Of a stretch of DNA of 64,000 nt, positions 30,134 through 43,474 are shown piece by piece; within the stretch, counting starts at the first letter, position 1; each line of letters opens with the position of its first letter. Source of the DNA: an uncultured Verrucomicrobiae bacterium (GTDB lineage Bacteria; Verrucomicrobiota; Verrucomicrobiia; Chthoniobacterales; Chthoniobacteraceae); NCBI GenBank assembly GCA_963836755.1, contig CAWIKF010000002.1, positions 1,152,001 to 1,216,000 of the forward strand, in the 5' to 3' direction. Position numbers and translations under genes: made by a program. Under the pieces are notes generated by a model that saw nothing but the letters and a program-made list of their open reading frames with translations, ran no database searches and was not told the DNA's origin.

Positions 30134-31645
30134 CTAGAACAAAGCTACGTCAGGCGTAAATCCTGGCTTGCGCGTGGGAAAAAGACTGCCGAAACGCTTT
30201 ACGTTGAAGTATAACTTCGAACGCTCCTGTGAGGAGCGCAGCCTGATTGTTTCGGTGAAGTAAGTGTCGTGAAGAGACTTCTCGACTTCTTCGACGCGAG
30301 AGTCCTCCACGATCAGGCAGTCAGCATCGAAGTGATCAGGCTTGCGGTCGTCGTCATAGTATCCAACGTGCGTAAAATCTCCCAGCAGCCACGGTAGCGG
30401 GTGGTAGCTGGAGAGAATGATGTGGATATCCATGTGGTAGTTCTCCGGGTTCCGTGTGGCGAGTTGGTTCAACGGATTCACCATCTTGTAAACATCCTTT
30501 AGCGTTTGAACATAGACATACGGTTCGCGGTCGTCTGTGTAGCGAAAAAAGTTGAGCCTGATCGTCCAGACAAGACTTCCGCAAAGAAGTATTGAGACTA
30601 GTGCGATGGTGGCACGCGGAAGTCGCCTCAAAAGTTTGTCCGCGAGATGGGCGAACACAAAGAAGAACGGCCACAGCAACGAAATGATACACCACGGCGT
30701 TTTATACGGAATGATGCTGTAAGCGGTCAATGCTCCGCAGCCGTAGATCGCGATGAAGCGAAACAACCGGTCAGTGCGTGGCAGGATGAAGTAAAAGCTC
30801 CCGATTACGGCAGCGACCGTAGTCCATTCATAACGCACGATCAGCGGGTAAAACCAGTAGTAGAGAGCTTTCTCGTGGCCGTTTCCTTTTTCGCCAGTAT
30901 GAAACCACTCGACGTAGGTTTGGAAGAGTCCGCGCAATGACTTGAAATCCAAAAAAGCTCCCGAATAGAAGAATAGAATGAGCACGAGTAACGTAATGAA
31001 ACTCAGGCATAGGTCGCGGCCTGACCATCGTTGCGGCACGGCCGGTGCTGCGTTTTCGGAAGGTGAAACTTTTTCCAGCAGGCATAGGCAGATCGCGGCA
31101 AGGATGAACGACGCAAGGTGGATGATGTAGGTCTCCTTTGTGAGAATCATTCCGGCAATTCCCAACATCAGGCACCAGAGGTAAGCTTTGGTCCCAAGTC
31201 GCCACATTCCGACAACTCCGAACAAAGTAAGGATCAGAAAAAATACCAACCAGGATTCGTGAATGGCGTAGCGTCCGTAGAAGACTGCGCCGGGCGACAC
31301 GGCCATCGCGAGTGCAGCCAACTCACTCGCGCGGCGTCCTGTAAAAGGCTCGAAAAGAAGCAAGAGATAAACCGTTGCGAAACTTACCATCGCAAGCGGC
31401 AGTCTTAGTGCCCATAGGTTTCGCCCCAGCAGTGTCTGTGAAATGAAAAGAACGTAGAAGTGAAGCGGTCCGTGGTAGTTGGTTGGATCGTAATGGTAGT
31501 AGCCAGTCCTTGTCATCTGATCGACGAACCAGCCGTTGACACCTTCATCGAAGTGCGGTGGCTTGATCGCGAGAAGGAGCACGCGCAAAATCAGCGCGAG
31601 GCTGAGGATCGCGAGCGTAGTCCAACGGATTTTTGGAATGGACAT
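30134..31645 (-). CDS. GT-C membrane protein resembling the TIGR03663/Agl23 family
   Basis: PHFDEGVNGWF...YHYDPTNYHGP, YGRYAIHES, TKETY, IPYKTPW; ATG 31645. Confidence 0.75.
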   Translation of the reverse strand: MSIPKIRWTTLAILSLALILRVLLLAIKPPHFDEGVNGWFVDQMTRTGYYHYDPTNYHGPLHFYVLFISQTLLGRNLWALRLPLAMVSFATVYLLLLFEPFTGRRASELAALAMAVSPGAVFYGRYAIHESWLVFFLILTLFGVVGMWRLGTKAYLWCLMLGIAGMILTKETYIIHLASFILAAICLCLLEKVSPSENAAPAVPQRWSGRDLCLSFITLLVLILFFYSGAFLDFKSLRGLFQTYVEWFHTGEKGNGHEKALYYWFYPLIVRYEWTTVAAVIGSFYFILPRTDRLFRFIAIYGCGALTAYSIIPYKTPWCIISLLWPFFFVFAHLADKLLRRLPRATIALVSILLCGSLVWTIRLNFFRYTDDREPYVYVQTLKDVYKMVNPLNQLATRNPENYHMDIHIILSSYHPLPWLLGDFTHVGYYDDDRKPDHFDADCLIVEDSRVEEVEKSLHDTYFTETIRLRSSQERSKLYFNVKRFGSLFPTRKPGFTPDVALF

Positions 31646-31673
31646 GCGCGAATTCTTAAAGCATCCCGCCAGC

Positions 31674-32474
31674 ATGTCCGCCGCCAGTCCGCCCCGCCTC
31701 TCGATCGTGGTGCCCGCTTTCAATGAGGCGAAAAGACTGCCGCAAAGCCTCGCGCGGATGATTGACTTTTTCTCGGGCTTTGCTTTTTCGCATGAGGTTC
31801 TGGTTGTGGTCGAGCATGGCCGCGATGGGACGCTGGAATTAGCTGCGGAGTTGTTGGCGAAACAAGAGAATTTTCGCGTAATTGACAACCGAGTGCAGCG
31901 CGGAAAAGGCTTTGCGGTCCGCTCCGGAATGCTGCAGGCGCGCGGCGACTTTGTGTTTTATATGGATGCGGATTTGAGCGTGCCGCTCGAGGAAGTCGAA
32001 AGATTCATCGAGCATTTTGATGCGCATCCCGAGCACGATTTGGTGGTCGGGAATCGCCAGCATGCATTGAGTCGGATCGAGAGACGGCAAACGCCTTTGC
32101 GCGAGAAAATGGGGCAAATTTTCAATCGCGTCTTGCGCGCGGTTCTGCGGATCGAATGGCGGGACACGCAATGCGGTTTCAAAGCTTTTCGCGCAGAGGC
32201 TTCGCGTGAAATTTTCGCGCGGCAAACTCTCGACGGTTTCGCTTTTGACGTCGAGGTGCTGCTGCTCGCGCAGGCGCTCGGCTACGGCATCGCAGATCTG
32301 CCGGTGCGCTGGATCAATTCACCGGAAAGCCGCGTCAATATTTTCCGCGACAGCGCGCAGATGCTGTGGGATGTCGTGCACATCCGCTCGCGCGTGCGCC
32401 GAAGCCTGCGTGCGCTTCCGCCGCCGCGCGCGGCACGCGGGGAAATTGCTGGCGCGTCTCGCGATGCCTGCTAG
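31674..32474 (+). CDS. GT2 glycosyltransferase, dolichyl/polyprenyl-phosphate glucosyltransferase-like
   Basis: LSIVVPAFNEA, GKGFAVRSG, MDADLS, DTQCGFKAF, FAFDVEVL. Confidence 0.88.
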   Translation: MSAASPPRLSIVVPAFNEAKRLPQSLARMIDFFSGFAFSHEVLVVVEHGRDGTLELAAELLAKQENFRVIDNRVQRGKGFAVRSGMLQARGDFVFYMDADLSVPLEEVERFIEHFDAHPEHDLVVGNRQHALSRIERRQTPLREKMGQIFNRVLRAVLRIEWRDTQCGFKAFRAEASREIFARQTLDGFAFDVEVLLLAQALGYGIADLPVRWINSPESRVNIFRDSAQMLWDVVHIRSRVRRSLRALPPPRAARGEIAGASRDAC

Positions 32475-32484
32475 AACGGCGCGC

Positions 32485-33459
32485 ATGCGATTGCTTGTTA
32501 CAGGCGGCTGCGGCTTTATCGGCAGCAATTTTATCCGCTACATTTTGCAGCATTACGCTCCGGCGTTTGTCTCGAATGTGGATGCGCTGACGTATGCGGG
32601 AAATATCTCCAACGTCGCGGGGCTGAACGAAACCTACGGCGAGCGCTACGAATTTTTCCAGGCCGACATCGCGAATGCCGATCAAATCGATGCGCTGATG
32701 AGCAAGCATCAGTTTTTCGGAGTCGTAAATTTCGCCGCCGAATCGCATGTCGATCGCAGCATTAATTCCCCGCAAAATTTTGTGCACACGAATGTCGTCG
32801 GCACCAGCGTGCTGCTCGATTGCGCGCGCCGCCACAAGGTCCGTCGCTTCATGCAAATTTCCACGGATGAAGTTTACGGCTCGCTCGGGCCTGAGGGAAA
32901 ATTCACCGAGGAGTCGCCCATCGCACCGAGTTCGCCTTATTCCGCGAGCAAGGCTGGCGCGGATTTGCTGGCGCTGGCGCATCACAAAACCTACGGCCTC
33001 GAGGTTGTGATCACGCGCTGCTCGAATAATTACGGACCGTATCAATTTCCGGAAAAATTGATCCCGCTCATGATCACGAACGCGCTGCGCGACCGCCCGC
33101 TGCCGGTTTACGGCGACGGCCTCAACGTCCGCGATTGGATCCACGTTGACGACCATTGCGCGGCGATCGTCGCGGTGCTGCTCGATGGAAAACCGGGCGA
33201 GGTTTACAACGTCGGCGCTGAAGCCGAGATGCGAAACATCGATCTGGTGAACATGATCCTCGCGGATCTCGGCAAGCCAAAGGATTTGATCCGCTTCGTC
33301 GAGGATCGGCTCGGGCACGACCGGCGCTACGCGATCGACAATTCCAAAATCAACGCGGAGCTAGGCTGGAAGCCGCTTCGCAGGCCGGAGCAGGGAATCG
33401 CGGACACGATCCGCTGGTATCTCGACAATCGGGCGTGGTGGGAAAAATTGGTCAGTTGA
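32485..33459 (+). CDS. rfbB: dTDP-glucose 4,6-dehydratase
   Basis: LVTGGCGFIGSNF, DALTYAG, FAAESHVDRS, STDEVYG, YSASK, NNYGPYQFPEK. Confidence 0.95.
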   Translation: MRLLVTGGCGFIGSNFIRYILQHYAPAFVSNVDALTYAGNISNVAGLNETYGERYEFFQADIANADQIDALMSKHQFFGVVNFAAESHVDRSINSPQNFVHTNVVGTSVLLDCARRHKVRRFMQISTDEVYGSLGPEGKFTEESPIAPSSPYSASKAGADLLALAHHKTYGLEVVITRCSNNYGPYQFPEKLIPLMITNALRDRPLPVYGDGLNVRDWIHVDDHCAAIVAVLLDGKPGEVYNVGAEAEMRNIDLVNMILADLGKPKDLIRFVEDRLGHDRRYAIDNSKINAELGWKPLRRPEQGIADTIRWYLDNRAWWEKLVS

Positions 33460-34331
33460 AAATTGCCCTCATCGGCAGTCGCGGCCGGCTCGGATCGGCG
33501 CTCGCGAAAGCTTATGGCGAGGAGCACACGATCGTCGGTTTCAGCCACGCGGAACTCGATCTCGGCGCGCCCGATTTTGCCGCGAAACTCGAGCCGCTTT
33601 CATTCGATGTGCTCATCAACTGCGCGGCGCTCACGAACGTTGACCATTGTGAAAGACATCGCGAAGAGGCGCTGCGCATCAATGCCAGCGCGGTGGGCGA
33701 GCTGGCGGAAATTTGCGCGCGGAAAAAAGTTCGCTGCATTCACATCAGCACCGACTACGTGTTCGATGGCGAAAAGTCCGCGCCGTATCGCGAGGAGGAT
33801 GAGGCGCGGCCGATCAGCGTTTACGGCGAATCGAAGCGGCGGGGCGAGATCGAGCTGCTGCGCGTTTCGCCTGAAAATCTCGCGGTGCGCGTCGCATGGG
33901 TTTTCGGTCCGGATCGGCCGAGTTTTATCGACGGCGTCTTGAAACGGGCGCTCGAATCGGAAAAAGTTGACGCGATCGCCGACAAGATTTCCGCACCGAC
34001 TTTCACGCACGATTTTGCAAAATGGCTGCGACCTTTTTTGCGCGAAAATCCTTTTGCCGGTTTGCTGCACGCGTGCAACGCGGGCGAATGTTCCTGGCAG
34101 CAATACGGTCAACATGCAATTGACTGCGCCGTCGCAGCGGGCCTGCCGGTGCGCGGTCGGACCGTTGGCGCTCTCAAAATGGCGGACATGGAAAACTTTG
34201 TCGCCAAACGACCTGTTTACACGGTGCTGGACACTGGAAAACTGGCCGAGCTCGGCGGGGTCGCACCGCGGAGCTGGCGCGATGCGGTTGAAGATTACGT
34301 CGCGAATTATTTCGCGCCGTCGCAGCGCTAA
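33456..34331 (+). CDS. rfbD: dTDP-4-dehydrorhamnose reductase
   Basis: GSRGRLG, NCAALTNVD.CE, HISTDYVFDG, YGESK; TTG start overlapping the rfbB stop. Confidence 0.92.
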   Translation: MKIALIGSRGRLGSALAKAYGEEHTIVGFSHAELDLGAPDFAAKLEPLSFDVLINCAALTNVDHCERHREEALRINASAVGELAEICARKKVRCIHISTDYVFDGEKSAPYREEDEARPISVYGESKRRGEIELLRVSPENLAVRVAWVFGPDRPSFIDGVLKRALESEKVDAIADKISAPTFTHDFAKWLRPFLRENPFAGLLHACNAGECSWQQYGQHAIDCAVAAGLPVRGRTVGALKMADMENFVAKRPVYTVLDTGKLAELGGVAPRSWRDAVEDYVANYFAPSQR

Positions 34332-34375
34332 AGCGGATTGGCAAGCGGGCGCGAGTTGTTCAAATTGCTCTGCTG

Positions 34376-35545
34376 ATGCCGATCGTCGCAAGCTATTGCA
34401 CGACTTTTCTCAAGCCGGAAATGCTGCACATTTACCGGCAGGTCACCGGCTTGCAGCGCTACGAAACTTTCATCGTGGCGAAGGAGCGGACCGAGCTGGA
34501 GCGCTTTCCTTTCGACGACGTCGAGATGATGCCGCGCAAGCCGCGCAAGAATTTCATCCGCCGTTTTTGGCTGAAGCATGTGCGCAAAAAACCGGCGCTT
34601 TATTACCGCGGCGAATTCCAGGGAATGATGAAAATTTTCCGGCGGCGGCATGCGGACTTGATGCACATTTATTTCGGCCACACCGGCGTGCATTTGCTCC
34701 CATTTATCAAAGGCTGGGAAATGCCGTGCGTGGTTTCGTTTCATGGGATGGACGTGCAGACGCGCGCGGAAATTCCTGAGTATGAAGGGCAATTGCGCGA
34801 GCTGCTGCGCGTGACGCCGCTGGTGCTCGCGCGCTCATTTTCGCTGCGCGACCGGCTGCTCGCACTCGGCTGTCCGCCGGAAAAAATCCGTATCAACCGC
34901 ACTGGCATTCCGCTCGAGCAATTCCCCCCGAATGCCCGTGCGATGCCGGCTGACGGCGCATGGCATTTCGTGCAGGCGTGTCGTTTGATTCCGAAAAAAG
35001 GTTTGCGCACCGCGCTGGCGGCGTTCGCAAAATTTCGCGAAAAATATCCGCACGCGCGTTTCACGGTTGCCGGCGAAGGGCCGATGCGGCGCGAGATCGA
35101 ACAGCTCGCGGCGGAGCTCGGCGTGCGCGAAGCGGTGACGCTGCGCGGATTTTTGGCGCAGGAGGAATTGCGCGAACTTTACGCACAGTCGCACTTTTTC
35201 CTGCATCCGAGCGAGCTGACCGCCGATCAAAATCAAGAGGGAATTCCGAACTCGATGCTCGAGGCGATGTCGACGGGATTGCCGGTGCTCGCGACTTTGC
35301 ACGGAGGAATTCCGGAGGCTGTGGAAAATGGAAAAACGGGAATTCTCGTGCCGGAGCGCGACGCGGCGGGGCTGCTGCATGCGATGCTGGAGCTCGCGGA
35401 AAATCCCGTGCGCGCGCTGGCGATGGGTGCGGCTGCGAGCGCGTCCGTCGCCGCAGAATTCGCGCATCGGCGTCAGGTGGAGAAGCTGGAAAATTATTAC
35501 GACGAAGCGCGGCAAATCGGAAAACTTCCGGACGACGAAGTCTGA
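34376..35545 (+). CDS. GT4 glycosyltransferase (WcaL-like)
   Basis: SFHGMD, RLIPKKG, EGIPNSMLEAM, HGGIPE. Confidence 0.85.
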   Translation: MPIVASYCTTFLKPEMLHIYRQVTGLQRYETFIVAKERTELERFPFDDVEMMPRKPRKNFIRRFWLKHVRKKPALYYRGEFQGMMKIFRRRHADLMHIYFGHTGVHLLPFIKGWEMPCVVSFHGMDVQTRAEIPEYEGQLRELLRVTPLVLARSFSLRDRLLALGCPPEKIRINRTGIPLEQFPPNARAMPADGAWHFVQACRLIPKKGLRTALAAFAKFREKYPHARFTVAGEGPMRREIEQLAAELGVREAVTLRGFLAQEELRELYAQSHFFLHPSELTADQNQEGIPNSMLEAMSTGLPVLATLHGGIPEAVENGKTGILVPERDAAGLLHAMLELAENPVRALAMGAAASASVAAEFAHRRQVEKLENYYDEARQIGKLPDDEV

Positions 35546-35567
35546 TATTTTCAGGCGACGGAAAAGT

Positions 35568-35585
35568 TTGTGAAAAATTTCACAA
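35568..35585. promoter_or_regulatory. palindromic operator, Rex-type consensus, upstream of the atp operon
   Basis: TTGTGAA-AAAT-TTCACAA, 6 nt upstream of a TTGTCA-17bp-TTTCAT promoter-like pair (35592-35620). Confidence 0.7.
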
Positions 35586-35700
35586 AAGGACTTGTCAAAC
35601 TTTTCCTTGTGCTGTTTCATTCCGCCGCTCAGCATTTTTCGGTTCGCGCCAACCTCGGGGTTGGAGCAGATGGAAAAGCTTAGAACCCCAAACTTCGGTG

Positions 35701-36636
35701 ATGATTACTTTTACCCGATTCCGCTCTCTCGCGATGCCGCTCTTGGTCGGGGCCGCATTGCTTGCGGTGCCTGCGCTCGCTTCCGCTGCCGAGCAAGCCG
35801 CCGAAGCGGAGCATGCCATGCCGCTGAACGCCGTGCGGCTGGTGAGCTTCGGTCGTTTTGCGATCACCAATTCCATGGTCGTGACTTGGATCGTGGCGCT
35901 CGGCATCATCATTTTCGCACAGATCGCGACGCGGAATATCAAAGACGTTCCGGAAGGGATGCAAAACTTTTGGGAGTGGCTCGTGGAGAGTCTTTATAAA
36001 TTTCTCGAGGGCGTCATCGGACATCATCTGGTGCGCAAAACGTTTTGGTTTTTCGCGACGATTTTTATTTTCATCCTGTTTTCAAATTGGGTCGGCCTCA
36101 TCCCGGGTGTCGGCACAGTCGGATGGGGTGACGGTGAAGGTTTCCTCACCGTTTCGCACATCACCGAACCGCTGTTTCGCGGCGTGAATGCCGACCTGAA
36201 CATGACGTTCGCGATGTCGACCATCTTCTTCGCGTGTTGGATTGTCTGGGCGATTCAGGAAAATGGCCCCGGCGGATTCATCATGCATATTTTCGGGCCC
36301 AAAGGCGAGACTACTGGCTTGCTAAAGGTGCTCATGGTGATCGTCTTCCTGGTCGTCGGCTTGCTGGAAGTCGTCTCGATTTTATTCCGCCCCGTCTCGC
36401 TGAGTTTCCGACTTTTCGGCAACATTTACGCCGGCGAAAACATGCTCGAGGCGATGTCGACGCTGATCAAACATCCCGCGTGGCTGCGCGCGGTTGCTTC
36501 GTCGCTGATTCCGGTGCCGTTCTATTTCATGGAGCTGCTGGTCGGCATCGTGCAGGCGCTGGTTTTCATGCTTTTAACGGCGGTGTTCACGCTCCTGATT
36601 TGTCAGCACGAAGAAAAAGGACACGGACATCACTGA
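35701..36636 (+). CDS. atpB: ATP synthase F0 subunit a
   Basis: QNFWEWLVE, FILFSNWVGLIPG, RPVSLSFRLFGNI, VQALVF.LLT; start inferred at ATG 35701. Confidence 0.93.
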   Translation: MITFTRFRSLAMPLLVGAALLAVPALASAAEQAAEAEHAMPLNAVRLVSFGRFAITNSMVVTWIVALGIIIFAQIATRNIKDVPEGMQNFWEWLVESLYKFLEGVIGHHLVRKTFWFFATIFIFILFSNWVGLIPGVGTVGWGDGEGFLTVSHITEPLFRGVNADLNMTFAMSTIFFACWIVWAIQENGPGGFIMHIFGPKGETTGLLKVLMVIVFLVVGLLEVVSILFRPVSLSFRLFGNIYAGENMLEAMSTLIKHPAWLRAVASSLIPVPFYFMELLVGIVQALVFMLLTAVFTLLICQHEEKGHGHH

Positions 36637-36716
36637 GAAAAAAATTTCGTCGGCTGGATCGTGCGAAGTCAGCGACAGCCGGCGGATCAACAACAATAAC
36701 AAAACAAATATAAATT

Positions 36717-36926
36717 ATGGCACCACTACTCGCAGAAATGGGCGGTAACATTCACATCGGTCTCGCGGCGCTCGGCGCAGCACTCGGCGTGGGTCTTATC
36801 GGCATGAAGGCGTCCGAAGCGGTGGGTCGCAACCCGGGAGCGGCCACGCCGATTCTCGTGCAAGCGATTCTCTCGACGGCGTTCGCGGAAGGCATTGTCT
36901 TCTTCGCGATTTACCTCGCGAAATAA
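36717..36926 (+). CDS. atpE: ATP synthase F0 subunit c
   Basis: Two TM helices, GRNP loop, carboxylate in AFAEG. Confidence 0.93.
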   Translation: MAPLLAEMGGNIHIGLAALGAALGVGLIGMKASEAVGRNPGAATPILVQAILSTAFAEGIVFFAIYLAK

Positions 36927-36931
36927 ATTGC

Positions 36932-36968
36932 AAGCGCGGGGCTGTTTCTAAAAAGCGGCTCCGCGCTT
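36932..36968 (+). terminator. 16-bp intergenic hairpin after atpE (stabiliser or partial terminator)
   Basis: AAGCGCGGGGCTGTTT-ctaaa-AAGCGGCTCCGCGCTT, followed by only a short T run. Confidence 0.55.
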
Positions 36969-36985
36969 TCCTGCCAAACTTTGAT

Positions 36986-37537
36986 ATGAATTCGATTCTC
37001 TTTTTCGCCCAGGCCGGCGGCGGCATGCTCGATTCCGCCAAGGAAACCATGCACACGTTCGGCGTCGAATGGCCGCTGTTTCTCTCGCAGTGCATCAGCT
37101 TTGCGATCGTCGCGTTTTTGCTCCAAAAATTTGCCTACAAACCGATCGTCGACATCCTGGAGGAACGGCGCCGGCGCATAGAGGAAGGACTTGCGAATGC
37201 GGAAAAAATCAAGCGTCAGCTCGCGGAGTCCGAACAGCGCTATCGTGAAATTTTAGACAAAGCGAATGCCGATGCGCAGCGGATGATCGACGAAGCGCGT
37301 CAAAGTGCCGGCGCGGTCGCCGAGCGGCGCACGCAGCAGGCGATCGCCGAAGCGGAAGGAATCATCGCGAAGGCGCGTGAGGCGACATCGCTCGAGCACG
37401 ATCGGATGCTGGCGGAGTTGCGCCGCGAAGTCGGCAGGCTCGTGCTCGACACGACCTCAAAAGTCACCGGGAAAGTTTTAAACGAAGACGATCAGCGTCG
37501 CATTTCCGAGGAAACCGCGCGCCAGGTCGGCGCTTAA
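36986..37537 (+). CDS. atpF: ATP synthase F0 subunit b
   Basis: N-terminal TM, KFAYKPI..ILEERR..I, long charged helix. Confidence 0.93.
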   Translation: MNSILFFAQAGGGMLDSAKETMHTFGVEWPLFLSQCISFAIVAFLLQKFAYKPIVDILEERRRRIEEGLANAEKIKRQLAESEQRYREILDKANADAQRMIDEARQSAGAVAERRTQQAIAEAEGIIAKAREATSLEHDRMLAELRREVGRLVLDTTSKVTGKVLNEDDQRRISEETARQVGA

Positions 37538-37546
37538 AAAATCGCG

Positions 37547-37948
37547 ATGAAGCTGTCCAAAGAAGTTCGCAGGATGACGAAGGAGTTGCTCCAGGCGAGC
37601 TTCACGGATGGACGTCTCGATGACAACAAAGTGCGCGGCATCGCGCAACAAATCATCGCTGCAAAGCCCCGGCATTACGTCGACCTTCTTAAAAATTACC
37701 AGCGCCTCATCCGGCTCGAGACTGAGAAGCATCACGCGATCATCGAAAGCGCGACCGAGCTGAATCCGGAGACGAGCGGCCGCGTGGTCGAGGACTTGAA
37801 AGCCAAATATGGCGGCGATTTGACGACCGATTTCAAAATCAATCCAGCTTTGATCGGCGGCCTGCGTATCCGCATCGGCAGCGACGTCTGGGACGGCAGC
37901 GTCCAAGGACGTCTGCAGCGCCTCGAACAGGAATTTACCGCCGTTTAA
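37547..37948 (+). CDS. atpH: ATP synthase F1 delta subunit (short form)
   Basis: C-terminal INPALIGGLRIRIGSDVWDGSV..RL; operon position. Confidence 0.88.
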   Translation: MKLSKEVRRMTKELLQASFTDGRLDDNKVRGIAQQIIAAKPRHYVDLLKNYQRLIRLETEKHHAIIESATELNPETSGRVVEDLKAKYGGDLTTDFKINPALIGGLRIRIGSDVWDGSVQGRLQRLEQEFTAV

Positions 37949-37975
37949 TTTTTCCAAAACTTACCACCCACTGCC

Positions 37976-39502
<1,527 letters not shown>

Positions 39503-39532
39503 AGCAGCGTCGCTTTTTTAAAAGAAATTTAA

Positions 39533-41835
<2,303 letters not shown>

Positions 41836-41837
41836 CG

Positions 41838-42245
41838 ATGGCCACGCTGCGACTCGAGATTACTACGCCTGAGGCGAAAACGTTTTCGGACGATGTCGAC
41901 ATGGTCACCGTGCCGGGCGTCGAGGGCGAGCTCGGCATCTTGCCCAACCACATTCCGCTCCTCACGGCGATCAAGCCGGGCGAGTTGAAAGTGACGAAGA
42001 ACGGCCAAGACACTTATCTCGCGGTCGGCGAAGGCTTCGTTGAGGTCACGCAGGCAACGGTTTCTGTTCTGACTGACATGGCACTGGAGGAAGCGGCGAT
42101 CGATGAATCGTCCGCCCAGGAAGCTGTTCGTCGTGCCGAGGAAGCGATGAAGCATCCGAACATCGGACATGAGGAAGTCGCGGCCGTGCAGGCAACGATG
42201 CAAAAATCTTTGGCGCAGTTGCAGGTAAAGCGCCGCCGTCGTTAA
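41838..42245 (+). CDS. atpC: ATP synthase F1 epsilon subunit
   Basis: LEITTPE, GELGILPNH, EGFVEV; C-terminal helices. Confidence 0.95.
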   Translation: MATLRLEITTPEAKTFSDDVDMVTVPGVEGELGILPNHIPLLTAIKPGELKVTKNGQDTYLAVGEGFVEVTQATVSVLTDMALEEAAIDESSAQEAVRRAEEAMKHPNIGHEEVAAVQATMQKSLAQLQVKRRRR

Positions 42246-42329
42246 CAAAAGTCAATTTCGTTGCCGCGAAATTCCGCTTGTTAAAGTTGCAGAGCAGTGG
42301 CAGTTTAGTCGGCTCTTTTCGAGAAAATT

Positions 42330-42629
42330 ATGGCTTACGCAATTATCAAAACCGGCGGAAAACAATATCGCGTCAGCGAAGGAGACGTGATCGAAGTTGA
42401 AAAACTCGACCTTGAAGCAGGCAGCGAGACCAAGCTGTCCGATGTCCTCTTTTTCTCGAAAGATGGCCAGAGCAAAGACGTTGCCGGTCTGGCCGTGACG
42501 GCCGAGGTCGTCGCGCAAAAGAAGGCGCCGAAAGTCATCGCTTACAAATATCGCCGCCGCAAAGGCTATCACAGGACGGTCGGCCATCGCCGGAAACTCA
42601 CGCAACTCAAAATCAAGAGCATCGCCTAG
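42330..42629 (+). CDS. rplU: 50S ribosomal protein L21
   Basis: YAIIKTGGKQYRV; KYRRRKGY...GHR. Confidence 0.97.
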   Translation: MAYAIIKTGGKQYRVSEGDVIEVEKLDLEAGSETKLSDVLFFSKDGQSKDVAGLAVTAEVVAQKKAPKVIAYKYRRRKGYHRTVGHRRKLTQLKIKSIA

Positions 42630-42651
42630 CTCATCAAACTTCTAATTCTTT

Positions 42652-42912
42652 ATGGCTCATAAAAAAGGTCAGGGCAGCGTCAAAAACGGCCGCGACAGCG
42701 TCAGCAAACGCCTCGGCGTAAAAAAATTCGGCAGCCAATCGGTCGTCGCCGGAAACATCATCATCCGTCAGCGCGGCACGAAATTTTTGCCTGGTAAAAA
42801 CGTAGGTCTCGGTCGCGATTACACGATTTTCGCATTGGTGGACGGCCATGTTCGCTTTGATCGCGAAGGACGCCGGGTCAACGTTGATCCCGTTCTCGCT
42901 GCCGCGAGTTAG
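42652..42912 (+). CDS. rpmA: 50S ribosomal protein L27
   Basis: [28 protein letters not shown]. Confidence 0.97.
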   Translation: MAHKKGQGSVKNGRDSVSKRLGVKKFGSQSVVAGNIIIRQRGTKFLPGKNVGLGRDYTIFALVDGHVRFDREGRRVNVDPVLAAAS

Positions 42913-43012
42913 CGTAAAATTCTTTTCAAATATGCGCTTCGATTCGGATGAATTGAAGCGCATTTTTTTTGGTGCGATGCGCAAAAAATGATCCGCCGCA
43001 CTCCCGCGACGA

Positions 43013-43474
43013 ATGTTTAATATTGTTCTCATCGAGCCCGAAATTCCCGCGAACACCGGCAACATCGGCCGCTCATGCCTTGCAACCGGCGCCCATCTGC
43101 ATCTCGTGAAGCCGCTCGGCTTTGTGATCGATGACCGGCAGCTCAAGCGCGCGGGGCTCGACTATTGGCAGGAAGTGCAAGTTTCCGTTTGGGAATCGAC
43201 CGATCTTTTTTTTGCGAATCCCAATTTGAAAAGGGAACGATGCTTTTTTCTCACGACCAAAAGCGATCGTCCTTATTTTGAAGCGCGCTTTGAGCGCGGC
43301 GATTGGCTGATTTTTGGGCGCGAGACCAAAGGACTGCCGGAGCCGCTGCTTGCGCGGCATCGCGAGCAAACTTTGACAATTCCGATGACGCAAAAAACCC
43401 GCAGCCTCAACCTCGCAGTCTCAGTCGGCGTGGTGCTTTTCGAGGCGATGCGTCAGGTGCGCGTCGGCGTTTAA
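43013..43474 (+). CDS. trmL: tRNA (cytidine/uridine-34-2'-O)-methyltransferase
   Basis: EPEIPANTGNIGR, KRAGLDYW, FGRETKGL, RSLNL. Confidence 0.92.
   Translation: MFNIVLIEPEIPANTGNIGRSCLATGAHLHLVKPLGFVIDDRQLKRAGLDYWQEVQVSVWESTDLFFANPNLKRERCFFLTTKSDRPYFEARFERGDWLIFGRETKGLPEPLLARHREQTLTIPMTQKTRSLNLAVSVGVVLFEAMRQVRVGV

Noticed and set aside
34960..35700. Long N-terminal extension of atpB in the ORF track (likewise aspS, gmhA, rfbB, parB, mocA, paoB and the lipoate ligase)
   Set aside because: The extensions overlap neighbouring genes or promoters; family similarity begins at the downstream starts used here.
36717..36926. Na+-translocating ATP synthase
   Set aside because: Subunit c has EG rather than the ES/T signature and no helix-1 Gln, consistent with H+ coupling.
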